From Ginglymostoma cirratum (lineage: Eukaryota): 64,000 nucleotides of DNA. The notes beneath the pieces were generated by a model. The model made no database searches. It worked only from the letters and a program-made list of their open reading frames with translations, and was not told the DNA's origin. Of this stretch, positions 14,130-25,120 are shown piece by piece. The position numbers were made by a program, and so were the translations under genes. The stretch's first letter is position 1; the number at the start of each line of letters is the position of its first letter. The DNA lies in the NCBI GenBank assembly GCA_024137785.1, contig JAHRHZ010000267.1, positions 56,891,245 to 56,955,244 on the forward strand. Direction: 5' to 3'.

Positions 14130-14430
14130 CTGGCGACACCAGCACTTATTACTCGTCCCTAACTGCCCAGAGGCTTGTTAAGGGTCAATCACATGTAGGT
14201 CAGACCAGGTAAGAATGGCAAATTTCCTTTCCTAAGGGAGGTTGGTGAACGAGGTTAGTTTTTATAATAAAAAACGGTTAGGTTACATGGTCACCATTAT
14301 GCAAATTTTCAACTTAAATTCCAAATTTCACTGAACTCAAACTTGCTATGGTCTGATTCAAACCCGTGCCATTACTCCGAGGTATGTGGATTACTAGACC
14401 AGTGACATTACCACTACAGCATCATCTTCT
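14130..14430 (-). mobile_element. Shark SINE-like repeat (gtaggccagaccaggtaag family)
   Basis: atgtaggtcagaccaggtaagaatggcaaatttcc...ggattactagaccagtgacattaccactac. Confidence 0.6.
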
Positions 14431-14834
14431 CCACTGAGCTTTTTAAGGTAGTTTAAAGATACTATATAGATGCAAATTGTTATGTACACGGTCTGATAAC
14501 CAAATGTTTAGAAAACCTGTAATGACAGCCTAAGCAAACAATACAATTTGCTGCTTTAAATGCCTTATTTGGGTTGCCAGACAGACTTCTCCAAATGAAA
14601 CCACATTACTGGAAATAGTCAGCAGCAGAGATAACATACAACTATCTCCAACATTTTCTGTTTTTTATTTTAAGATTTCCAGCATCTGCAGTATTTTGCT
14701 TTTGTCTTCAAGAACTTTCCGGTTTGGTACTAGAGTGATTTAAATTACTCGAGTCCTCTAATGAATATGAATTAATGATCACAAAAATATCTTGCAAAAT
14801 CTAATTTCCAAGATCACAATAGTGGTGTTTATCA

Positions 14835-15400
14835 GTAGCAACAGCTTGTATTTATATAGCACATTTAACTTAAAAAGAAAATTCCAGGGAGCTTCACAGG
14901 AACATTATAAAGCAAAATGTAACACTGAGTCACATAAGGAGATATCAATGCAGATGACCAAAAACTTGTTCCAGATTTTAAAGGGCATCAGGTAAGAGGA
15001 GGAAGAGTCGGTGAGTTTTAGGGAGGGAATTCCAGAGTTTGGGTCCAGGCAGCTGAAGGCATAACCCCCAATGTGGAATTGATTAAAATGGAGGCGCTCT
15101 GTGGAATTTTTTACCACAGATGGCTGTAGAGGTTGGGTTGTTGGGTGTATGCAAGGCTGAGATAGATTTTCAATCAGTGAGGGAATAAAGGATTATGGGG
15201 AAAAGGCAGGAAAGTGGAGTTGAAGATTATCAGGTCAGCCGTGATTTCTTTGAATAGCAGAGCCGACTTGGTGGACTGAATGGCCTACATTTGCTCCTGT
15301 GATTTATGATCTTATGATTGAGGCCAGGATTAGAGGAATGCTGTTTTCCTGAGGGTTGGGGGTTTGGAGAAGATTTCAGAGATAAGAATTTATCAGTGAA
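14835..15400 (-). mobile_element. L2-like/SINE 3' fragment interrupted by a CR1 3' end
   Basis: cttgtatttatatagcac...gggagggaattccagagtttgggtccaggcagctgaaggca; resumes gaggccaggattagaggaatgc after 15320. Confidence 0.55.
15095..15317 (+). mobile_element. CR1 LINE 3' end
   Basis: ctgtggaatt...aaggctgagatagattt...ggaaaaggcaggaaagtggagttga...gaatggcctacatttgctcct...ttatgatcttatg tail. Confidence 0.75.
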
Positions 15401-16097
15401 AGATGAATCAATATTTTTCAATATTTTTTAAAAAGTGGCAAGTTCTGGAAATCAGCCAAATGACAAGACTTAAGTTTCAAGTTGGAAGAGTACAACATTG
15501 AGGGGCAGAAACCTGTTTTGGGCAGTGCATGATATTGTGTGCAAATTATTTCATTTCGATCTGAAACGTTTCAAGTATTATTTCATGAAATGAAATAATA
15601 CTTGAAATGTTGCAGATCGAAGACAGAAATAAATCTTGAGCAGTGTCTCCTGGTGGAACTGTGTGGGAGTAACCACTCTTTAAAGCCTTGGTTATTATAA
15701 ATAACTGACATGGAACTCCTAAACTGTGTGACAAGTTAAATTCTGTAGTTTACTTACAAATAAAATCTCATGCCAGATGTTGAGAATCTGTACCGATATT
15801 GCACTTGTATCAGTGTTTTCCCTCTATCACCAGAATGCTCTTGTCCTTTCTGCAGTAAATAATCTAGGAAGAATTGAATCATTGGGATGTACTTGTGCTG
15901 AGCAATGATACCATAAACCTTGCAGCTGTAACCATTGAGACTTTCCAGAAAAATCTGGAATCATATTAACAAAAATCCACGCGCTTTGCTTTGAGGTAAA
16001 ACTCTGTGGAATTTTGTTTTCCCAGCAGATCAGGAATAGCCCAGTGAGCGGTGGCTAGTGTAACTGCAGCAGATGGGAGAATGAGACCGGAGAGAGT

Positions 16098-16398
16098 TGC
16101 ACTTATATAGCACCATTAGGATCTCCCAAAGTATCCTTCAGAAAATGGAAGGACTTTTGAAGTGTAGTCATAGTTGTGGTGTAGGAAACATAGCAACCAG
16201 TTTGAGCATAGTAAGGTCCCACAGACAGTACTGAGATAATGACTGGATATTCTCGTTCTCTTCGTCCGGTTGGTTGAAGCATAAGTATTAGATGAGATCC
16301 CGGGACAGCTTCCGTGCTGTTCTGTGAATAGTGGCCTGGGATCATATAAGTCCAGCTGAGAGGGCAGACATAGGCCTCTGTTTAACATCTCATCCATA
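16098..16398 (-). mobile_element. Deu-type SINE
   Basis: gcacttatatagcacc...ggtcccacagacag...ggcctctgtttaacatctcatcc. Confidence 0.6.
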
Positions 16399-17094
16399 AC
16401 CAGATATTACAGCTGGGAATATTAGCCAATGAACTATTAATGAGGTGGAATGACAGTGTGCAGTTTAATGTGTTAAAGGAGGTGTTAATCTATTTAAAAT
16501 AAATGGGTTAATGCCTCCATTTAAAACAGCAACCAGATAAATGCCGTACGAACATGTTACAGATTTATCCAATTATCGGAGCAATAGTCATTTCCAGATC
16601 TGTATTAAACTCCTCTTGAGTGAAATCACTGTATCTTCACCAGGAGTAATTGACATCTGTGTTTTATAGTACTGAAATGGTTGCTGTCCTTATCATTTTA
16701 GTTTGTCTTCTGAGAACCAAAGGTGTAATCTAGACAAAGTGTTTGTAATCTGTGTGGACAGACTGGGAAAAGCCTTCTTGAGTTGTGCTGCTGTTATTTT
16801 CTGTCAGCATGATATCTCTGTAGAAGAATACCCCTCAGTTTATTTACACATGTACAACCAACTACAACTTTCTCAGCTTAAAACAAAGAAGGTGGTGGTG
16901 ACAACCGGTAAAATGGGTAACCACAGCCTGCATGATTTTGTAAGGGATGTGGTGGGTGGAATAGTAATGGGGTGGGATGTGGTCTCAACTGCAATGTGCA
17001 TTTGGTTTTCATTTGAACTGGCATCTCCTGTAAGTGAATCACAGGAGTTGGCCTCTTTATACAGCATGTATCAGTCAGTGCAAATTACACAGTC

Positions 17095-17425
17095 TGCTTT
17101 GTAGCCTCCCCTGACCCGCAACCCTCCGAGATGTCTGTGCTCCTCCGATTCTGCCCTCTTGCACGTCCTTCAGTTTTAATTGCTGCATCATCAGTAGCCA
17201 TGTCTTCAGCTGATAAAGGTTCTATTCTCCCCTGAAACTTCCCCACCTCACGACCTCTCTTTCCCCCTTTCAAAGCACTCCTTAAAACCTACCACTTTGA
17301 CTAAGCTTTTCATCATCTGCCCTGATATCTTTTTATGCAGCTTGGTGTCACATTCTAACTGAGAATGTTCTTGTGAAGCACCTTGGGAGGTTTACCATGT
17401 TAAAAGTTCTATTTAAATACAACCT
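17095..17425 (+). mobile_element. L2-like LINE 3' end
   Basis: caaccctccgagatgtctgtgctcctccgattctgccctcttgcac...ctccttaaaacctaccactttgac...tgtgaagcaccttggga; homologous to 20700, 48530 and 57255. Confidence 0.65.
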
Positions 17426-18348
17426 GTCAGGGATCTTATTTTGTACATTTTGTTTGTTCTCTCTGACCCATGGCATAAGAGAATACCATTGTCAAACCAT
17501 TTTGGCTCATGTCACTATTGTCCCTTAAGTTAGATAATTAGCCCCACTAACCATCTCCTTACCCTCATTTCAGTTCAACAGTTTCACCCACTCTTGATCC
17601 TGGCCTTTTCGGAGCTTCCTATCATGTAACGGACCAACGTTTTTCATTTTTTATATTGGGAGTATACAGCAATAGTGTAGTTCATTTTAATTTTTTTGTT
17701 TGAAGTGAAATCATTTCAATTTTTTCAGACTCCATTTTCAGGAAAAGCAAATAATAAAATTTTTGTTAAATCACTTGTTTAGGCCTTTTTCACCAATAGT
17801 TACACCACATACAATATATATTACATTCCGGGCAATGGATTTCATAATTGCTCTGACTCATTTTGGGCTCTGATGTCTGTCTCCAGTCAAACAGTGTATT
17901 TGTCCCACCTGCACTGTGTATTTACTGTTGCATCTACTGTTTTGTTTGCACTTGGTATCCATTGGGACTACGGGCACTAGTCCAATGTCTGCAAAGCTTC
18001 TTCTCTGGCACAATCCAGCTGCACGAGCATTTGGCATAGGCAGCAGGATTGCCTTGCTGCCCGTGTTGGAGGAGACTGTTTGTGCTGACTTGGAGCCTCA
18101 CCCCAGGGTTTACACAGTCCTCCCACTGCATGCTGACTCCGGTGCTCCTGTGTGATGACCCTCTTGCACAGAAGGGGCAAGTTTTCTTTTGCATTGCCAA
18201 CATGTCAGCATGAATGTAAATTGCTAAATGGATTGTTAAAATTGAAAAGCTTGTTGTGGTCATTGTTGGCAAGGCCAACATTTATTGCCCATTTCCGACT
18301 GCTATTGAAAAGAAGGTAGCGAACTGGTTTGTTCAAACACAACAGTTA

Positions 18349-18660
18349 GGGCGGCATGGTGGCTCAGTGGTTAGCACTGCTACCTCACAGCGCTAGGAAC
18401 CCGGGTTCGATTCCACCCTTGGGCAACTATCTGTGTGGAGTTTGCACATTCTCCCCATGTCTCAATGGGTTTCTCCTGGTCTCCTCCCACAGTCTAAAGA
18501 CGTGCAGGCTAGGTGGATTGGCCATGCTAAGTTGCCTGTAGCGTTCAGTGATGTGTAGATTAGGTGGGTTACAGGGGGATGGGTCTGGGTGGGAAGTCTG
18601 AGAGTCAGTGTGGACTTGTTGGGCCGAAGGGCTTGTTTTCACACTGTAGGGATTCTATGA
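18349..18660 (+). mobile_element. HE1-type V-SINE, full length
   Basis: tRNA-derived head (tggctcagtggttagcact; ggttcgattcc), V-domain tgtgtggagtttgcacattctcccc, and CR1-like tail acactgtagggattctatga. Confidence 0.88.
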
Positions 18661-20699
18661 TAAAATGATCTATGAGTGTGAATAGCATACATTATCCCAT
18701 ACTGCTATTAGGCATTCCACCTAGTGACAATGAAAGGATGACAATGCAGTTTCACAGACTTGGGAACTTGATGCTGGTGTTTCCATGTGCTTGATGCCCT
18801 GGTTCTTCCAAGTAATGGGGAGCTGCTGTCAAAAAATATTTGGTGAGTTGTGAAATCCACCCTAGAGCTAGTGCACACTGCAGCTACTGTAAACCAGGGC
18901 TGGGTTTGTGTTCAGAATAATCTGTGCCATGTAAATTTGTATTTACAATTAACATTTTACAAGAGAGACAATGACGATTGGCTCTTGTTAATGTTCAGCA
19001 TGAGATCCTTTGACACTTTCTTATGTTTAGTAAATTGCACAGGCGTGAGGAAATACAACCCCACCTGTTCTGAAACAATGAATCAGCCCCTGTATTTCCA
19101 CATATACACTAGTACTGTAAGATATCTGAGTTCTTTTTAACACATCACATTGAACAACTGTGCTTCTCATATCAGTTTTCAAGCAATGTAGAAGTCACTT
19201 TCTTTGACGTATTCTTGTGTTGGCACACCAAGTGATATCATGGGTTCTTAGATAGAAAGATTGATTTATATCTCTCTGGAATTGTAGCCCAGTGTTTTGC
19301 TTCAAAAATATGACAAATGTAATGTAATGATTTTCTCTATCAGGGTGGGCTGTGGCAGGGAAAAATAGGATGCAGAATGATAAGGACTTGGGTCCTTTTC
19401 TTAAACACAAAATGGGTATGTTTAGAAATTTATCCATACATATGAAAGTGAACATAAAATGATTTACTATGAATTCAGACAACTTAATCAGCAGGTAAAT
19501 TGGCAAATCTGAGGATGAAATGCAGCAAAGCAATAATCGGCAAATTGAAATATGCATATTCAGTTAAGCAGGTAGCTAGCACAGATACCTAATCTGTAAC
19601 CATTGGCCACTAGTCTCCTTAGCTTTCTGCATGGAACTGCTTTTAAAAACATAATTCTTGACAGTACTGCTCCAAGAATGCTATTTCAAGAAACAAGGTA
19701 TTTTAAGTCAAGCTTTAGCATTCGGACACAAAATCAGTTGAGTAAATTACATATTCTGCTTGGGAGTTGAAAGGCTGCTGTCCTCTGTGATGGGTTTATG
19801 ATGAAGAGGAAAAAATGCTTTATCTTTTGAGGCACATTGATAGTAATGGCAGTGATTACAGTCCTCCTCTGTAATACCTATCTGTCTCAGTACAAAACCT
19901 CCTGGAATCAGAAATGGATATCCTCTGTTAATTTTTTTATATATATGCACGCTGACGATTTCTGTGCAATTGCTTTAGAATTAATCCACAGCTCGTCTCT
20001 AAACCCTGTATGTGGTTGTGTGAAAGTCACTATTAAGAGGCAATGCTGTGCCTCCCACATCTGCAGGTGGCAGGCTAAATCAGACAAGAGCTCCCTTTAC
20101 TTCCAATGATGGTCTGCTGGTTTAGGACATAATTGATCTCTGCAGGTAAATAACTGGATAATATGAGGGATTGTTGACATGAGATGCTGTGTAATTTCCA
20201 CTGTTAACACTGCGGATCTCGTTATCACTGTGAGGGTAGGGTAAGTATCCACAGTGTTGATTGGAGCTCAGTACAGCAAGCCAGCCATGTCTTCACTTAG
20301 AAATTCTTTTCTTCACCTTCCTAGCACTTCATACGTTTTTTCAAAAAAGAAGCATTTCTTGAATATACAGCCTAAGTGACCTGAATTGACACCTGAGCTG
20401 TGGTTGCTGAGAGAACTTGTGTATCCAGTGAGCAGAACAACCTTTAGGAAACAGTATGGGTGATAGCGGCTGCAATAACATGGTTTTAACTTGAATGAGA
20501 TTTGAGACATTTGGCTGCGATTCACAAAATTCTTTCCCTGTAATCGTAGTTTGCATGCAAATTAGATTTATTCCCTTTTCATTAATCCGTCTCACACAGA
20601 GTTTGGTTCGGTTTATGATTTGGAGCATTGGTAGATACAACTCTTTGTCCCTGAGATAGCTGACTTACACTGGTACCCAATCCAGTCCTCATTCCTGTT

Positions 20700-21030
20700 T
20701 CTATGCCCTTTAGCGGCCTCTTCTGTCCCCGTCTCTGTAATCTCCCCCAGGCCCAACAACCCCCCATGATCACTGCAATCTTCCGATTCTGGCCTCTTGC
20801 CACCATTAGCGGCCATGCCTTCTGCTGTTTAGACCCTAAGCTGTGGAATTCTATCACTAACCCTCTTTACATCATTGTCCCCTTTTCAAGATACTCCTTA
20901 AACCTACCTCTGTGACCAAACCTGTCCTAATATCTCAAAACAGCTTGGTGTCAGATTTGGTTTAATAATGCTCCTGTGAAGGGCCTAGGATGTTTTACAG
21001 TGTTAAAGGGCGGTGTGAAGATATGAGTTG
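20700..21030 (+). mobile_element. L2-like LINE 3' end
   Basis: ctctgtaatctcc...attctggcctcttgc...ctccttaaacctacctctgtgaccaa...gctcctgtgaag. Confidence 0.65.
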
Positions 21031-22514
21031 TCCTTTTGTTCATTACTAAGAACTGAGCTGCAGTCAGCTTATCATTAATGCATATCTTTAACAGAGTAAC
21101 TGTTGGTTTCAGTAACAAAATATCAATTCTCCAACAAATGATTCATAAGAGAAACTGGGGGAAAAGCAATGCAAAGGCTTGTGGGGGCTGAGGGAGGGTC
21201 TAGTCTACTTTGGTTTGCAGCCTGTCAGCACAAGTTTGTGAATGTCTCCCTGTCTACCTACTTTGTAATTTTAGTGCAGCATAGATTGAATAACAGCAGC
21301 TTACTTTACATAATAATTCATTCTGTCATATTGAAATAATGTATTAGGTTCAGACCTACTTCCTCAATAAATCAACATGTCAGGAGATATTATCACCCAG
21401 TATAACTTTGGGATACTAACAGATGACAATCAATGTTCAGCTACAGAAAGATTAATCATTTGATTAAGCTTGTAAACAGAGTAAATTAAATTCATTATGC
21501 AGTCTTTATTTCTGCAATAGTTTTAATTATTTTGTTTATTTGGAAACCTTGTTGTCTTCCAGTCATACCAGCTGCATCTCCGAGGCATTTCTTTTTCAAA
21601 AATAATCACTCTTTTGATTTTCTCTATCACTTGTACCATATTTGAAATGAATCCGTGGAGCATAATTGCTGTAATTAAATAATTGGATCTTATTTTTTAT
21701 ATGCCAGTGCAAAACAGGAGGGTGGGGAATGAATGATTACAGAGGTGGTCGATTCATCTGACTGCATTCTTGGCAATTTAATGTCATTGGACAATGTGCT
21801 TGTTTCATATCGAAGCCAGCTTGTGAGGTTGTGGTCCTGTATTTAATTATCCAATCATCATTCCAGCTCATACTGTGTTGGGGGCACTAACTAGGTGGCT
21901 TTGAATTTGTGAAACTAATAATTAATTTTGGAGATGAGGAATACAATGCCAAAGCTTTCGTAAGTTTTCAATCTATATGTTTGAGTGTGGCTAAATCCAA
22001 ATCTAGCATTCTTATGTGGAAGTAGCTGTTTGGAGGTTTGCTGACATATGACCCTGACATCGGTATTGGGATTCATTGATAAACGGCATTCCCCCTGCTG
22101 CATCTTTTCATCCAGCGTAAGTATAATGACAATCTAGACAAACCATTCCATTCCCAGATGTTTTGTAAGTGAGCTATTCTATTAGAGAAATGCAAAGTTT
22201 ACTACTTGGAGACAAGATCCCTTTGTACAACATGTGTGGCCTCTAAACGAAGATGCATTCTGTTATCTTATATGTGTAACAGGAAGATTTATGTTCCTTA
22301 GCTGTGAGATGGTATTCTACTACACATCTGGGTTTTTAACAAGTCGTTCATCAGGTTTGTGTGCTAGTGTTACATTGCAGCAGTGATATTATCCCAATCA
22401 ACAGTGAAACACTTGCATTCACAGAAGATACTGTATAAATGCAAGCTCTTCCCTCTTTAGGGGGGTTGTTTTGTTGCATTTATATCATTTGTTTCTGATT
22501 CTGAAGCTTCCAGG

Positions 22515-22865
22515 GATGGTGGTGTAGTCAGATAGTAATCCAGATGCCCAGGCTAATACTCTGGGGACACAGCAGCTGATGGAATTTCAATTCAATTAAT
22601 AAATCTGGAATTAAAAGCCAGTCTCAGTAATGGTGGCCATGAAACCATTGTTGATTGAGGTAGAAACTCATTTGGTTTACTAATGTCCTTTCTGGGAATG
22701 AAATCAGCAGTCCTTACCTGATTAGGTATGCACTGAGTCCAGATCCAGAGCAATGTGGTTGACTCATAACTGTCCTCTTGAAGTGATCCTGATAAGCCAC
22801 TCAAAGGCAATTAGGAATGGACAACAAATGCTACTCTCTGGCAACATTCACACACTCCATGAAAG
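22515..22865 (+). mobile_element. Shark SINE-like repeat (gtaggccagaccaggtaag family, sense orientation)
   Basis: agtaatccagatgcccaggctaat...ttcaattaataaatctggaatt...catgaaaccattgttgatt...gtccttacctg. Confidence 0.6.
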
Positions 22866-22944
22866 AATTAAGAAAAAATAAAATTCCATCCCTTCTCTTG
22901 CTTACTGTTCTTCATAATTCCACAATCCTACTTAAGATTTAAAG

Positions 22945-23267
22945 TCATAGAATTCCTCGGGGCTATTTGGCCCATCAGGTCTGCACTGATGCCCCTGCCC
23001 AAAAAGGATCCCACCCAGATCCGCACCCCATCACCATAACCCTGCATTTCCATGAATAATCCACTTAGCCTGCACATCCCTGGACACTACAGGGCCCTTT
23101 AACATGGCCAATCCACCTAACCAGCACATCTTTGGACTAGGGAGGAAACCCACACCGACACAGGGAGAATGCACAAATTCCACACAGATAGTCATCCAAA
23201 GTTAGAATCAAACCCAGATCTCTAGCACTGTGAGACAGCAGTGCTAACCACTGAGCCACCCTGCTGC
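22945..23267 (-). mobile_element. HE1-type V-SINE, full length
   Basis: Reverse complement of the 18349 element: tcatagaattcc...catggccaatccacctaacc...cagtgctaaccactgagccacc. Confidence 0.85.
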
Positions 23268-23653
23268 TACTTTATCTTCTTCAGAAAGTGCAGAGGAGCA
23301 CAGCGCCTCAAAACAAGCAACTAGAAGTGTAATCCAGTTCCATTGTTACTGCAGTGGTTAAGTTGTCCCACATTGTTTTTTATGTGCCAGGATACTTTCA
23401 GAATCACTGTGAGCTGAACATGCAGTGTCAGCAATGTACACGTTCAGGGTCGTAGTGAATTTATTGGAAATCACTGTGACACTGCCAAAGTAACTCGCTT
23501 GTGTCTGCTTTGTTTGTGATGTCTGTAGCAGCACTCAGTTACTGCAAATAGTCATTCATTAGACCTTGTGTACAATACTCTCTTGCACATCCTCTAACGT
23601 ACTTGGATAACATGGCTAATGCCAGAGTTTTAACCAACTTGTGTCTCAGATAA

Positions 23654-23845
23654 AAACTTAAAGAACTGCAGATGCTAGAAATCAGAAAGGAAAACAGAAA
23701 TTGCTGGAAAAGCTCAGCAGGTCTGGCAGCCTCTGTGGAGAGAAATCAGAGTTAACATTTCGGGTCTAGTGACCATTCTTCAGATCTCCCCCCACAGAGG
23801 CTGCCAGACCTGCTGAGCTTTTCCAGCAATCTCAATTTTTGTTTC
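23654..23845. mobile_element. Short fold-back element derived from Penelope pseudo-LTR, with target-site duplication
   Basis: Perfect inverted arms attgctggaaaagctcagcaggtctggcagcctctgtgg / ccacagaggctgccagacctgctgagcttttccagcaat; flanked by tgtgtctcagataa (23640-23653) and tgtgtttcagataa (23846-23859). Confidence 0.8.
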
Positions 23846-24319
23846 TGTGTTTCAGATAACTATTTTTATGGTTTCGCCTTCAACATGGTATGCTTGAAAG
23901 TTGTTCCTCTTAAATTTTGCTTTTTTCTCCAAAGCCTTAAAATAGCTAAACTTCAGGTGGATCTCTATGTCTCACTCCTCCATAGCTAACTGCACAATAA
24001 TTATCTGCTTGGCACTATACAACTCTGAGGTGCCTCAAGTCCAGGTTCTGAACCAAAAATTCCACCCTACAGGACAAGTATGTGAACACCAACAAACCTG
24101 GAAAACAGAACATGAGCAGGCAAACAGTATTACAGCAACGCTGTTAGGTCCTAAGTCTGACCTCTCACAGCTGGGATGCAACTTGGGAAAGGGAGAGATG
24201 CATTTAACTTCCATTTGTACCTTTGTGGACGGTATTAATGTTCGATGTATTGTTTCTTTGTTTGTAAGTCCTGAAGAGATAATTTTTGCATGAAATGTTA
24301 TTAGCAAACTAGGTTGAAA

Positions 24320-25120
24320 GAAATAAAGACATGTATTTACATAGTGCTTCCCAGGGTGTTCCAAGATAGATTACAGTCAATGAAGTAGTTGTTGAATTCC
24401 TGTTGTAACATGAGAAATTCAGCAACTAATTTGCAAATAGCAAACTCCCACAAACAGTAATGTGTTAATAACCATGGAGTTACCAACCCTTCAAGATTGG
24501 TCTGGAGTCTTTAGGAATTGAAGATCAAATTCCAGAACATTCCTGGGAGCATTCTGGGAGGAAAACCATCACAACTTTACAAAAAGATTGGGTTTTTGGT
24601 CATTTTCTTTGAATATTTCTCTTTTTATTTCTCACTTTCAATATTTTTATAACCGGCAAAAGAGCTGTCTGGTTGACAACCAAATATTCACCAGTTAGTC
24701 TTCTTGCTGTTCTGTAGAAAGACAGTGTATCACAAGGAGGGATATATTGACCACCAATGGGTGGAGGGTGGGACACTCATGTGTATATATACATGTATAT
24801 GTTTAACATCAGTTTATGTTTAATGGCAGTTGGCAAGCCCAAAAGCTGAGATAGAGCTGTTGGTTAAGGAATTAGCATTGGCTAGGATACTGGAGATAGC
24901 CCCTGCTTTTATTCAAAAAAGTTGTGAAATTTATATCCAACTGAAGGGTAAATGGGAACTTTGGTTTAAAATCTCATCCAAAAGACAACACCACTGACAG
25001 GGCAGCACTCCCTCAGCACTGCACTGAATTGTCAGCAAAGATCGAACCCCTGGAGTGGGATTTGAATCCACAACTTGCTAATTCAGAGGCAAGAGTGCTG
25101 TCCACTGACCCATGGCTAAC
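24320..25120 (-). mobile_element. Deu-type SINE split by an internal insertion (24475-24841)
   Basis: 3' part ends caaactcccacaaacagtaatgtgttaataacca; resumes ...gttggttaagg...atctcatccaaaagacaacaccactgacagggcagcactccctcagcactgcactg...ggagtgggatttgaatccacaac. Confidence 0.75.
24475..24841. mobile_element. Probable non-autonomous hAT-like MITE nested in a SINE
   Basis: Imperfect terminal inverted repeats tggagttaccaac / gttggcaagccca (10/13), resembling the agggttgccaac TIR type; it interrupts the SINE. Confidence 0.45.

Noticed and set aside
18349-18420. tRNA gene
   Set aside because: The A and B boxes belong to a SINE head that continues into a V-domain and LINE tail; the same applies to 52515 and 62167.
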